Shown here piece by piece: positions 20,022 to 40,722 of a stretch of 64,000 nt of DNA. Origin of the DNA: Macrostomum lignano (taxonomy: Eukaryota); the NCBI GenBank assembly GCA_002269645.1, contig NIVC01001201.1:62001-126000 (forward strand), in the 5' to 3' direction. Numbering within the stretch: position 1 is the stretch's first letter; each line of letters begins with the position of its first letter. Under the pieces are notes generated by a model that saw only the letters and a program-made list of their open reading frames with translations, was not told the origin of the DNA and searched no databases. The position numbers were made by a program, and so were the translations under genes.

Positions 20022-21004
20022 TCTTTGATGAATATTTTTAGTCTGTCCGGTCCCATTCAGACTACTGATTGTTAGTAGGAGAAAGCGCGATTTTTTAGCC
20101 TTTTTTGTTTGCTTTCTTTCCGTCCAGTGGCGACTTACTTAGAATCAACTTTGGACCGCTTTTTGAACAAGTCTTTTTAATTAGGCTGTGATGAGTCCCT
20201 CAGCGTCCGGCATCAGGCTGGGTCCGATGCTCACTCTATTCTTTTAATTAATAAAAATGCTATTTAAATTAATGGAAACTTATCAAATATCCCATTGATG
20301 CGCTTAAATTGCTACTCATCTAACTAAGACCAGTAGAGCAGTAGTGTCCTTGGCGTCTTTTTGTTTATAGGGAGTCTTGTAATAACTTGATAAATTATTG
20401 CTAGTTTCAAGAGCGGTTTACTAAACAAGTAACTTATATATTTTGGTTTTTGCAGACTTGATAAATAAAAATTGAAGCTCTTCTGCAGATTTTGTTTCTT
20501 TTTAGCGTCTGTTTGCTAAGAGTAAAATATGATTTGCAGATGCTCTCCACATGCGAAGTTGACTCAGAGGTTAATAGAGATGAATTCTGGCAACCAGTAT
20601 TTCTACTTTCTCTGTACATGCAGTGCATTTCTTCGAAACAGACTTCAAGCACCATCCAGCCTCCAATCCATCTTCTTCTGTCTATACTACGAGTATTCGT
20701 AAATCTCCAATCAATGTTTGTTTGTTTGTATGTAACGCTCTAGAGATTGAACCGATTGGCCTTCATCATCATCATTATCATCATCATCATCATCATCATC
20801 ACAATCACAATATACTAAATCTCTAAGCTTTGTCTGACTGGTATTTCAGTCTTCATCAGCACAATCTTCACAATATACTTAAAACTCCATTAGAAACTGC
20901 GATCCATTGGGGAGATCCAGGATGTTTCTCAAGGGCAACTGACCAACCACACTGTGCTCAGAGCCTAGAACACTTGTAGGATGCCTGCATTTAGAAGCAG
21001 AACC

Positions 21005-21705
21005 TGGAGTGTGAGGAAATGGCTATTGAGTGTGAGGAATGGCTATTGAGTGTGAGGAATGGCTATTGAGTGTGAGGAATGGCTATTGAGGGTGAGGAAT
21101 GGCTATTGAGTGTGAGGAATGGCTATTGAGGGTGAGGAATGGCTATTGAGTGTGAGGAATGGCTATTGAGTGTGAGGAATGGCTATTGAGTGTGAGGAAT
21201 GGCTACATGTATTGAGTGTGAGGAATGGCCATTGAGTGTGAGGAATGGCTATTGAGTGTGAGGAATGGCTATTGAGGGTGAGGAATGGCTATTGAGTGTG
21301 AGGAATGGCTATTGAGTGTGAGGAATGGCTATTGAGTGTGAGGAATGGCTATTGAGTGTGAGGAATGGCTATTGAGTGTGAGGAAATGGCTATTGAGGGT
21401 GAGGAAATGGCTATTGAGTGTGAGGAAATGGCTATTGAGTGTGAGGAATGGCTATTGAGTGTGAGGAATGGCTATTGAGTGTGAGGAAATGGCTATTGAG
21501 TGTGAGGAAATGGCTATTGAGTGTGAGGAATGGCTATTGAGTGTGAGGAATGGCTATTGAGTGTGAGGAATGGCTATTGAGTGTGAGGAAATGGCTATTG
21601 AGTGTGAGAAATGGCTATTGAGTGTGAGGAATGGCTATTGGGTGTGAGGAATGGCCATTGAGTGTGAGGAATGGCTATTGGGTGTGAGGAATGGCCATTG
21701 AGTGT
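21005..21705. repeat. 20-bp intergenic minisatellite
   Basis: GAGTGTGAGGAATGGCTATT units. Confidence 0.95.
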
Positions 21706-21894
21706 TAAAACCACTTCGCGCCCCCAAGCTTGGTTCTGTAAGATAGCTTAAAAGCCCAAAGGCCTGCAGAGCAGTCCATAGAGAAATTTGTCTTTTTTGC
21801 TGAATCGAGTGCACACCCTACCCTAGAAGCCCAGAAGTAAAGTATATACCACAGAGTTTTTCTGCTAGCTCCTGTTCAAACCTTCCTACCCGCA

Positions 21895-22324
21895 AATGGC
21901 TTCTACGCGCCAGGAAAAGACAGCTAAAAGTGACGCCTTGCGTAGACTGGGACTCGATTCCGATTCGGAATACGCTTTATCAAGAGATGACTCGACGGCT
22001 TTTTAGTCAGAAACGGAGTCGGAAAGCATGGGTCCAGAAACTGATCAGAGCCAAGATGAGGCGACCGCGGAATGGGTTGAAGTAGCCCCTGGAAATGACA
22101 ACTCGTTTGACCACGCCGCGGTGCCGGGATTCCGAGGGTTTTCGACCATCAATCCAGGCATCGATCTACCAGAAAATCCAGACGAAAATATGACGGAATT
22201 TTTATCAATCTTCCTGAAACCTGACGTTCCAGCTAAGAAGACAGCATTTTGCTGCAGCCAGTGTCCCGGAAATCCTGGTCTCTGTCCAGATCCATGCTTC
22301 AGGATCTGGCACGAGACACATTGA
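21895..22324 (+). mobile_element. Internally deleted piggyBac (PGBD-like) transposase remnant
   Basis: An acidic N-terminus (with an in-frame TAG at ~22003) and W...F.G...P...F..F region is fused directly to the C-terminal Cys-rich domain KKTAFCCSQCPGNPGLCPDPCFRIWH. The DDD core is absent and TIRs were not identified. Confidence 0.65.
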
Positions 22325-22438
22325 AGTCCCACGAGCGATGCTGCATTGGCGTCTCCTAACTTGAATCCTGTTACACATTTCTTTTCATATCCTTGTTTTG
22401 TTTGGAACCATGCAGTAAAATTTTGTATTTGTTTAATA

Positions 22439-23084
22439 TCGCTTTTGACGCTCTAGATAAGACTTTAGACATTCAAAATAAGACTGCATAGGATCGCAAG
22501 CAAGGCCAGGCTAGCCACGGCCAGAGCATGCCCAGTCTTGGCTGCAGGAATGGCTTGGCCATAGACTAAAAAATGGAATATCAAAATGAGAATAAGACGC
22601 TCAATATGAGACCGGGAGTGAACGTAATTTATTTGCTTTTTGGCAGTCACCATACAAACAGCTAAGGAGAAATTAGGCAATAAACAAGAAGCAGAAGCAG
22701 ATCAAGCTCTCTTGATCTTGAGAATTTGAGCGGCAGCTAGGATGGTTGATCCATTGTTTACTACGTCGATCAGACGCTGACGGTCTGCTGCAGGAATCGA
22801 TGGTGCCATCACAGTGAAATCCAAGGGGTCAGATGCAACCCAAGGGGTGAAGAAGGAGAGCTGGCTGAAGGTCAGAGGGTTAGAGCGATATCTGAAGGCT
22901 TTCACACTCAGTCTCATACTGAGCGTCTTATTCTCATTTTGATATTCCATTTTTTAGTCTATGGCCAAGCCATTCCTGCAGCCAAGACTGGGCATGCTCT
23001 GGCCGTGGCTAGCCTGGCCTTGCTTGCGATCCTATGCAGTCTTATTTTGAATGTCTAAAGTCTTATCTAGAGCGTCAAAAGCGA
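22439..23084 (-). mobile_element. Tc1/IS630-type MITE with ~173-bp near-perfect TIRs and TA target duplication
   Basis: 22439-22611 is the reverse complement of 22911-23084, and TA flanks both ends. The interior carries a short HTH-like remnant MAPSIPAADRQRLIDVVNNGSTILAAAQILKIKRA (minus, 22702-22809). Confidence 0.85.
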
Positions 23085-23294
23085 TACTAATTATAACTTG
23101 TAGGTCAGTAGTTAAGTGATTAAGGTTAGCTACAGTTAATACGACCATACATTTGTGCATCACGTCATATTTTCACTGTACACGCTTATTTCACCTTTAA
23201 CATTTGAGTGAAAACATAACGGAAATGCATAATGGACTTTTTTATTGGGCACTTGCTTTAGTGATTGGGAAACGGTTTTTTATGCCATACACAC

Positions 23295-23655
23295 TTTTTT
23301 ATTATAGGCAGGGGGCTGTGTGCACCCTGGCGCACTTTAAGCGACATAGGCACACAACCGGCGAGAGGCATTACTGCCCATTCCGCCGACTCCCCTGAGC
23401 AGGCACACAAGCGCGTGGATACGTACGCAGGCACACACCCACACAGGAGTGTACAGCGGCCCTAACTTTATTTTATCGTTAGACATGTACACTTCACTGC
23501 GCCTTGGGGGGTTGGCTCTCAAGGCCGTTAATTGCACGAGCAGAGCCAAGCCGAGATTCCAATTCAGCCCCAAATTAATGTGACTGCACTTTGGAATTGA
23601 GCCTGGGTCGCTGGCACACCAGAGCCTGCGCTAGATCGCTGGGCTACGGCCCCCC
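23295..23655 (-). mobile_element. tRNA-headed SINE-like element, copy A
   Basis: The minus strand reads GGGGGGCCGTAGCCCAGCG (A box)...CCAGGCTCAATTCC (B box)...ATTTGGGGCTG...GAGTCGGCGGAATGGGCAGTAATGCCTCTCGCCGGTTGTGTG...AATAAAAAAAG. These blocks are shared with 26103-26310. Confidence 0.6.
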
Positions 23656-23934
23656 ATACACACTTTTACCTAAACCATAAAAAAGAATGCGGTATCATGA
23701 ACTTTGACACCTCTGACAAACCGGGTTTGCTGGGTGATTGATCCTGATCGCAACAAAAATAAATACTACTATTTTTATAGCTGTGGAAAAACTCCACCTG
23801 AAAAACTAAGAAATTACTTGAAAGAGCAGAAAATTTATCGCTCAGACTTTATACATCTGCGGTGAGCTGTGCAGTATGACTTTTTTGTATGCTATGACAA
23901 AACCAGAAAGAGCTAAAAAGAAATTGTTCTAGGG

Positions 23935-25370
23935 TTTAGGTGTTAGGTGTTGGGTGTTGAGTGTTAAGTGTTGGGTGTTGGGTTTCAGATGTCAGGTGTT
24001 GGGTGTCAGGTGTTGGGCGTCAGGTGTTGGGCGTCAGGTGTTGGGTGTCAGATGTTGGGTGTCAGATGTTGGGTGTTGAGTGTTAAGTGTTTGGTGTTGG
24101 GTTTCAGATGTCAGGTGTTGGGTGTCAGATGTTGGGTGTCAGATGTTGGGTGTCAGATGTTGGGCGTCAGGTGTTGGGTGTCAGGTGTTGGGCGTCAGGT
24201 GTTGGGTGTCAGATGTTGGGTGTCAGATGTTGGGTGTCAGATGTTGGGCGTCAGGTGTTGGGTGTCAGGTGTTGGGCGTCAGGTGTTGGGTGTCAGATGT
24301 TGGGTGTCAGATGTTGGGTGTCAGATGTTGGGTGTCAGATGTTGGGTGTCAGATGTTGGGTGTCAGGTGTTGGGTGTCAGGTGTTGGGTGTTGAGTGTTA
24401 AGTGTTGGGTGTTGGGTTTCAGATGTCAGGTGTTGGGTGTCAGATGTTGGGTGTCAGATGTTGGGGGTCAGATGTTGGGTGTCAGGTGTTGGGCGTTGAT
24501 TTTTTGCTGGGGTTTTGGCACAAAAAACAACTAAAATCCCCCTTAGATCCGCAGTTGTAAGTATTGCGATGGGGTGGTTGGTTTTAGGTGTTAGGGCATT
24601 GTGTTTAAATAGATTTTAGTAGTTGCTAATCTGAGGGGGATAAAATGGCCAACCACACTTTTGGCCTGGCTCTGCCGTCTTGACATCTACTCACATATCA
24701 TGACTCTAATGACGTCACGTCAGTGATCAGCTCCTGACTTGGTCTACAAAACTGAGTTTTAAAGTAGTTAAAAAAATCAACGTCTGTTATGCTTGATTTC
24801 TGTTGCTGTTTTGCTTTTATTTTGTAAGTTCAATTAATTCTCGGTGCTTGCGGCATACCATCTTTTAGTGCAGACTCCCTAATCATAATGTAGTTTCAAT
24901 CAGTTTTTGGCACAGATATACTGTACTCTACTCAAGCAAAGCTATACTATTTTTTGTTTTGTTTGACTGCTTGAACATTCTCTCTGTTGGGACGAGAGCC
25001 TCACTTACTCGTTTGATGGAGAGGAGCTCACAGTTTGTTGGAGAGAAACTCACAGTTTGTCGGTGAGGAGCTCACAGTTTGTTGGAGAGGAGCTCACAGT
25101 TTGTTGGAGAGGAGCTCACAGTTTGTTGGAGAGGAGCTCACAGTTTGTTGGAGAGGAGCTCACAGTTTGTTGGAGAGGAGCTCACAGTTTGTTGGTGAGG
25201 AGCTCACAGTTTGTTGGAGAGGAGCTCACAGTTTGTTGGAGAGGAGCTCACAGTTTGTTGGTGAGGAGCTCACAGTTTGTTGGAGAGGAGCTCACAGTTT
25301 GTTGGTGAGGAGCTCACAGTTTGTTGGAGAGGAGCTCACAGTTTGTTGGAGAGGAGCTCACAGTTTATCG
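23935..25370. repeat. 14-bp (23935-24495) and 22-bp (25015-25370) intergenic minisatellites
   Basis: TGTTGGGTGTCAGA/G; GAGGAGCTCACAGTTTGTTGGA. Confidence 0.92.
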
Positions 25371-25374
25371 GAGG

Positions 25375-25560
25375 TTACGATTAGGGTTAGGATTAGGGTT
25401 AGGGTTAAGGTTAGGGCTTAGGGTTTGGGTTAGGGTTTAGTGTTTGGGTTAGGGTTAAGGTTAGGGCTTAGGGTTTGGGTTAGGGTTTAGTGTTTGGGTT
25501 AGGGTTAAGGTTAGGGCTTAGGGTTTGGGTTAGGGTTTAGTGTTTGGGTTAGGGTTAAGG
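25375..25560 (+). repeat. Interstitial telomere-like (TTAGGG)n variant array with a 50-bp higher-order unit
   Basis: TTAGGG/TTAAGG/TTTGGG variants; AGGGTTAAGG recurs at 25401, 25451, 25501 and 25551. Confidence 0.85.
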
Positions 25561-26102
25561 GGGAACTGCTGAGATATCAATGCTCACGGGAGGAATATCT
25601 AAAGCATAAAAAACGTCACATCAAATATAAAAGAAGCTTCATGTCAAGCATAAAAGAAGTGTCATGTTGGCGTAGGCATAAACATAAAAGATTTGTCCTG
25701 AAACTGCTGCGATGTCAAGGCTTGGGGGGGGGGGAATCGCTATAATGCCGTGACTCTTGGGGAGAATTGCTGAGATGCCAAGGCTGAGATCAGAAGCTAC
25801 ATGTAGTTTATTAAAAATGTATTCCATTCTTTATTGGCTCCCCAACGGGAGGCGCTGATTGCTAGTCCAGATACTAAGTTCGAAAGATCCTTCTTCAAGG
25901 AGCACTAAATAAGTACATGGTTCGATGGCAAGGGCCGGAGGCACGCGGGTTTTGGCCATAGACAACGGAGGCACCCCGCTGCGAACTCTGCCGCAGGTCG
26001 ACAGCCGCTCTCCAAACTAAAGTGATAATGGAGCTCGTGCAGAATATCTGTTCTCATTCCATTGCATTTCTCAGTGCTGCATCACATCGCTGCTCTGGAG
26101 GG

Positions 26103-26310
26103 GGGGGGGTAGCTCACTGGAAACGTGTCTTACTCTCGCATCAAAGATTCCAGGTTCAATTCCGGGGCGCAGAGCTATTTGGGGCTGGTTCGCAAAAATT
26201 GACTTGTTTAGCCCAAACCCCAACAAGACACTGAGCATGATGTACATAGAGTCGGCGGAATGGGAGTAATGCCTCTCGCCGGTTGTGTGACGACATCGCT
26301 TAACATGACT
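26103..26310 (+). mobile_element. tRNA-headed SINE-like element, copy B (degenerate tRNA-Ala-like head)
   Basis: GGGGTAGCTCACTGG...CTCGCAT...CCAGGTTCAATTCC (A/B boxes; the anticodon stem does not pair), then the same body blocks as copy A (core GAGTCGGCGGAATGGGAGTAATGCCTCTCGCCGGTTGTGTG at ~26250-26290). Confidence 0.6.
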
Positions 26311-26612
26311 TCCACATGTAAATATTGTGTTATGCTTTCCTCCATGGATCTATCTAGCAAATGAATACATAGACTTTTAAAGTTGGCATCTGGAGTTTGA
26401 AGCTCCGAATCTTGAAAGCTCAGCTTCCACTCCAGATGATATTTTTGAAACTCCATGAATTGTCCAATGCTTAAACGATCCCTTCACGATGCAGCTCTCT
26501 ATGGCAGAGAGTCATTGCTCTTATTGTTTGTAGGAGCGTATCCCGATTTTCATTTCGAGTTTCTAGACATCCTGCAGCTCTGCACTGAGATTCAGTCAGC
26601 TTCTGCCTGGCC

Positions 26613-31514
<4,902 letters not shown>

Positions 31515-32149
31515 TGACGGGAGGCTGATGCAGCCGATTACAGTATCTAACAGTGCCTGACAGTGTCTTACAGCATATCTAACAGCGTCTGAAAATGTCT
31601 TAACAGTTTAACAAACAGCATCTGACAGTGTATTGAACAGAATTGGACAATGTCCGACAGCGTATCTAGCAGTTTCTAAGTGTGCCTGCCTAACAGCATG
31701 CTACTGTACTATCTGTACTCACTGCGCGAGAACGCCCTGCACTTACTCTACTTTCAATAGGCGCGTACGATTTCTTTGGGTATTTTTTACTTCGCACGTA
31801 ACGTAAAAGTACAAAAAGTAATTTGCTTAAATACGTGTAAAGTTACCTGCCTAATCCAAGATTCCTTTCCACTAATTCTTATTTCTATCATTTTATACTA
31901 AAGAGGATGCGATTATCAGCAAATATTTTCTTTGTTTCTTCTTTATTGGTGCAAAATTGAGTTTACAATGTGTGATACAATTTAGCAGCTGCATTCAGAA
32001 TAGCAGCGAAATGGGCGCTCATTCGCAGTTATCGCATAGTTATCTCAATTGGGCGTTGTCAAAATAAAATTTAGATTTCTGGTCCGGAATTTAGTATCTG
32101 ACTGGGCCTTCGAATTAAAATTAAGAGACGATCCAGAAAAAGATTGAAT

Positions 32150-32525
32150 GGGAGCGAGGTGGGTGTTAGGAGAGTGAGGTGGGTGTCAGGGGAGTGAGGT
32201 GGGGTGTCCAGGGGAGTGAGGTGGGTGTCATGAGTGGGGTGGGTGTCAGGGGAGTGAGGTGGGTGTCCAGGGGAGTGAGGTGGGTGTCGGTGAGTGGGGT
32301 GGGTGTCAGGGGAGTGAGGTGGGTGTCAGGGGAGTGAGGTGGGTGTCGGGGGAGTGGGGTGGGTGTCAGGAGAGTGAGGTGGGTGTCAGGGGAGTGAGGT
32401 GGGTGTCGGGGGAGTGAGGTGGGTGTCGGGGAGTGAGGTGGGTGTCTGGGGGTGAGGTGGGTGTCGGGGAGTGAGGTGGGTGTCGGGGAGTGAGGTGGGT
32501 GTCATCATGTGAGGTGGGTGTCGGT
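32150..32525. repeat. GGGAGTGAGGTGGGTGTC-type ~19-20-bp repeat; a related array lies at 40965-41665
   Basis: The same GAGTGAGGT(G/C) core occurs in both arrays (downstream of and inside the prosaposin-like gene). Confidence 0.85.
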
Positions 32526-32959
32526 GAGTGAGTTGAGTGTCAAGTAGAGAGATGATGAGTGTCGAGTCTGAGATCAAATCTAAAAACGAATCATAGCGGA
32601 CATGCATGAATCATCGAGTTCCGGGCTACTGGCTTTCTAGCAGATGAACCAGAAAGTCGCGAGAAGTTATAGAAGGTCGCGACTGTGGACCGCGGCGGCG
32701 GACCGCTGGCCCCTGGCAGCCCGCTGGTAGGCCAGTATCCACTTGGCCGGCGGCTGCGGCCGACGGTCGTCCGAGCAGAGGCCGGCGGTGCTGCACACGA
32801 GTCCGGGTCGGGCGCCGTTGCTCAGCAGGCGCGCCATCAGCGGCGCCGACCGCTGAACCAGGCTGTCGCATTTGGGCCGAGCCGGCTGGGAAAGCGCTGA
32901 GCACACCTGAGACCAGGTATTTAATTGATGGACTGAGGCTAATAATTCCGTAAACTAAC

Positions 32960-34370
32960 GATTGATGAGACGCCACCCCGGACACCCCAGCTGATTGATG
33001 AGACGCCACCCCGGACACCCCAGCTGATTGATGAGACGCCACCCCGGACACCCCAGCTGATTAATGAGACGCCACTCCGGACACCCCAGCTGATTGATGA
33101 GACGCCACCCCTAACACCCCAGCTGATTGATGAGATGCCACTCCGGACACCCCAGCTGATTGATGAGACGCCACTCCGGACACCCCAGCTGATTGATGAG
33201 ACGCCACCCCGGACACCCCAGCTGATTAATGAGACGCCACTCCGGACACCCCAGCTGATTGATGAGACGCCACCCCTAACACCCCAGCTGATTGATGAGA
33301 TGCCACTCCGGACACCCCAGCTGATTGATGAGATGCCACTCCGGACACCCCAGCTGATTGATAAGATGCCACTCCGGACACCCCAGCTGATTGATGAGAT
33401 GCCACTCCGGACACCCCAGCTGATTGATGAGATGCCACTCCGGACACCCCAGCTGATTGATGAGACGCCACTCCGGACACCCCAGCTGATTGATAAGATG
33501 CCACTCCGGACACCCCAGCTGATTGATGAGATGCCACTCCGGACACCCCAGCTGATTGATGAGATGCCACTCCGGACACCCCAGCTGATTGATGAGACGC
33601 CACCCCGGACACCCCAGCTGATTGATGAGACGCCACCCGGACACCCCAGCTGATTGATGAGACGCCACCCCGGACACCCCAGCTGATTGATGAGACGCCA
33701 CCCCGGACACCCCAGCTGATTGATGAGACGCCACTTCGGACACCCCAGCTGATTGATGAGACGCCACCCCGGACACCCCAGCTGATTAATGAGACGCCAC
33801 TCCGGACACCCCAGCTGATTGATGAGACGCCACCCCGGACACCCCAGCTGATTGATGAGATGCCACTCCGGACACCCCAGCTGATTGATGAGATGCCACT
33901 CCGGACACCCCAGCTGATTGATGAGATGCCACTCCGGACACCCCAGCTGATTGATGAGATGCCACTCCGGACACCCCAGCTGATTGATGAGATGCCACTC
34001 CGGACACCCCAGCTGATTGATGAGATGCCACTCCGGACACCCCAGCTGATTGATGAGACGCCACCCCGGACACCCCAGCTGATTGATGAGACGCCACTCC
34101 GGACACCCCAGCTGATTGATGAGACGCCACCCCGGACACCCCAGCTGATTGATGAGACGCCACCCCGGACACCCCAGCTGATTGATGAGACGCCACTTCG
34201 GACACCCCAGCTGATTGATGAGACGCCACCCCGGACACCCCAGCTGATTGATGAGACGCCACTCCGGACACCCCAGCTGATTGATGAGATGCCACCCCGG
34301 ACACCCCAGCTGATTGATGAGATGCCACTCCGGACACCCCAGCTGATTGATGAGATGCCACCCCGACATA
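32960..34370. repeat. 33-bp minisatellite filling the last prosaposin intron
   Basis: CTGATTGATGAGACGCCACCCCGGACACCCCAG, ~42 units; it explains the MPLRTPQLIDE ORFs. Confidence 0.95.
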
Positions 34371-35509
34371 CTAGCTGTCTTAGTTGAGTCCATTGCATGG
34401 GTAAAAATGATGTACTTAAATTTATTTTTCCTACTAACAGTAGAAATGTTAGTAAAATTCCTATTTTTAGAAATTTTGACGCCGGGAAAAAATGAACAGC
34501 GACCCACCTCATTGAGAGCAGCAACGATGGCCGCCTTCGAGCGGCTGGTGCCTAGCCGTCGCTCCACCCCGCGGATGACGAAGCCGCACAGATGGCACTG
34601 CGACCCCGCCCTGGCGGCCTCGGGCCGTCTGGTGGTTGTCGGCGGCGACGGCAAAGGCGGCTGCTGCTGCGGAGGCTGCTGGCAAGCGCCCAGGGTCTGG
34701 CAGACGATGGTCGGGTCTAGCTCGGTAGAAAGCAGCTCAAAAATAATCGACAGGTACTTGTCGATAGCGTTTGAGCACTGGAAGATTTGGAGCAGGTGAG
34801 GTCATCCTATGAGTTGGTGCAATCTTTTATCAGAATCCACGCTGCATGCATCACCTTTTCGCGTTCCCTCTTCGCTAACAGTTGGCACGCGGTCACCCTC
34901 AGCAGCGCATGCAATGGCGGGTACAGCACGCCTGTGTAGCATGAGACAGACTAGGCCTACGGGCTAAGGTCTGCGATCCTACACACCTGCACCCCCTCTA
35001 TTCTGGTGCAGGAATGGCAGGAGAACTCTCTCCAAGCTGACTCGCAAGCCGACCCAGGGGTTCACGCCCCGCATGTGTTCAAGGCAGCTCTAGGGCTGCT
35101 GGACTGACTGGACTCCGGCGGCGGCAACCCATCCGTGGCCTTTTGGCCAAGTTGGGTACGGGCTCCGCCCGGAAGTGCACCTGTGCGTATCAGGTACCTC
35201 TGGCCACGGCTCTGAGGAACAGGTACCACTCTCTGACCTTAACAGGGTATGCGGCCAGTCCGCAGGCTCCGGAGGCAGTCCTCCTGCTTCCCTCAAGGGC
35301 CCAGTGTAGTACCGTGCTGATGGTCCTTTGGTTCGGCCTCTGGTTCTTCCAAGCCGGGCTCTTAGCCGGGGAGTTTCTCGGTTGCTAGCGGTCGGGCCGG
35401 TACGGGCTTAAGCCACCCCCCGGTCGCTACCTCTTGGCCTGGTTGTTGGGTTTGGGGTTACGGCCCAGCGGCTTCTCACCTTTAGTCCCCACTCGCCTTT
35501 CAGCGACTC

Positions 35510-36975
35510 ATGGAGTATTCATTTACCTCCGACACGTCCGAGGCTGCTGGAGCACCAACCGAGGTTGGCACCGCGGCCCAGCCGGACATTCGCAACACCG
35601 GAACCCCCGGTGCCTCTCAATCTGCCGCTGCCGCCGCTCAGGATAATACCGGAGTGGCTGGACAAGACAGCGGACCTCAGATTTCGAAAAAGAAGGCCCG
35701 TAGCATTGCTCGCTACAAAGCCTTTCTCCAGCGCAAAGCGGAGGAACGGAGGAATGCGAAAGCCGCCCCTCCGGCCACCTCTGAGGAGGGTGCCGGTAAC
35801 TCTGCGAACCCCGCGGAGGAGCCGACATCCGACAAGGGGGTGGACCCCGCGCGCCGGTCTGATGCGTCAGGTGCCGCCGAAGCTCCTGGTGCGGCTGGCC
35901 CCTCCCGTGACCGGACCTCTGCCCGTGTGGAAGCTCCCACGGCCGTGGAGGGATCCAAAGCGGGGGGCGCTGGCCAAACCACAAAGCCGAAGCGAACCTA
36001 CGCGGCTATGGCCAAAAGGCAGCCGGCCCTGGTTATCCAAGGCCAGGAGACGCCTCTTACGGCCGAACAGCTCGACCTTATCTGGCGCAGGTTGGACTCC
36101 CACCTGGTCAAGATGGCCTTGAGCGGCACCGCTATTCGAGTCCAAAAGACGAAAGTCGAGGACCAAGCCCTCTATATCCAGCCCACCGACAGCCAGTCAG
36201 GACAGCAGCTCCTCGAGCTGCTGAAAACCTTCGACTGGGGTACGGAGCTGGAGAACCTGTTCATCTGCAGGGAGGACGAGCGACCCCGGACACACCGGCA
36301 CCGTGCCTGGATCCCGGCTCGCAGCTGCATCACCAAGGCTGACGAGCTGCGTCACCTGCTAGTGGCTTCCAACCCGGAGCTACCGGCCAACGGTGTCGTA
36401 GTTCACGAGACCATCTCCAAGCCGGGCGGAGACGGTTTCACGGCTATTCTTGGACTGTCGGATAGCTGGATGCTCCGCTACCCGGACATGTCCATCATCT
36501 CTGTCGGGCTGTTGCAGATTCAGCTATTTAGCTTTGAGTCTGACGCCACCCGCCCACCGCCCCCGGAGAAGCGTAAGCGGGAAGTCGGGGGCTCTGCCGG
36601 GCGGAAACGCCCAGGAAAAGAAGCTCCCGGTCGTCACGACCCCTCCGAGGACGTGGACCCTGTCAGAGGGAAAGCCGCGAAAGCTGCAGCAACAGGCGGA
36701 CGTGGAAAGGGCCGGAAACCCGCCCGGACAACTATCCGCTCTGGTCTGACTCAGCGGGCGAAGCAGCTGCTGGACACCGCCAAGGCCCCCAACCGCAGCT
36801 ACCCCCAGCCCAGTGTCACCACTGCGGCCCCCCCGGAAAACCGGGCCGAGAGCGAGACTGCCGCCCAGGTAGCGACCTCGCCCTCGACCATGGAATCCAT
36901 CTGGGAGGAGCCCATGGAGCTGGAGCCTGGAGCTATCGGCGAGGCAGAAGAGGCAGCTCTCCTGCACAACTCGCC

Positions 36976-36979
<4 letters not shown>
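35510..36979 (+). CDS. LINE E1 ORF1 (489 aa, nucleic-acid chaperone position)
   Basis: Long open ORF upstream of the EN-RT ORF. Its central block (YAAMAKRQPALVIQGQ...LDLIWRRLDSHL) is homologous to ORF1 of the second LINE ([16 protein letters not shown]...[12 protein letters not shown]). Confidence 0.85.

Positions 36980-40722
<3,743 letters not shown>

Noticed and set aside
26103-26172. Functional tRNA-Ala(CGC) gene
   Set aside because: The acceptor and anticodon stems do not pair, and the downstream body is shared with a second dispersed copy, so it is treated as a SINE head.
32960-34370. CTGATTGATGAG in the 33-bp unit as a hammerhead core
   Set aside because: It is not CTGANGA, and there is no GAAA partner or flanking stems.
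32939-34654. Long ORFs (571 aa, 432 aa) and many similar repetitive ORFs, e.g. 2758-3733, 12918-13717, 23968-24534, 29487-30243, 63063-63560
   Set aside because: They are translations of minisatellites whose units lack stops; they lie in introns or intergenic DNA and are open in several frames at once.
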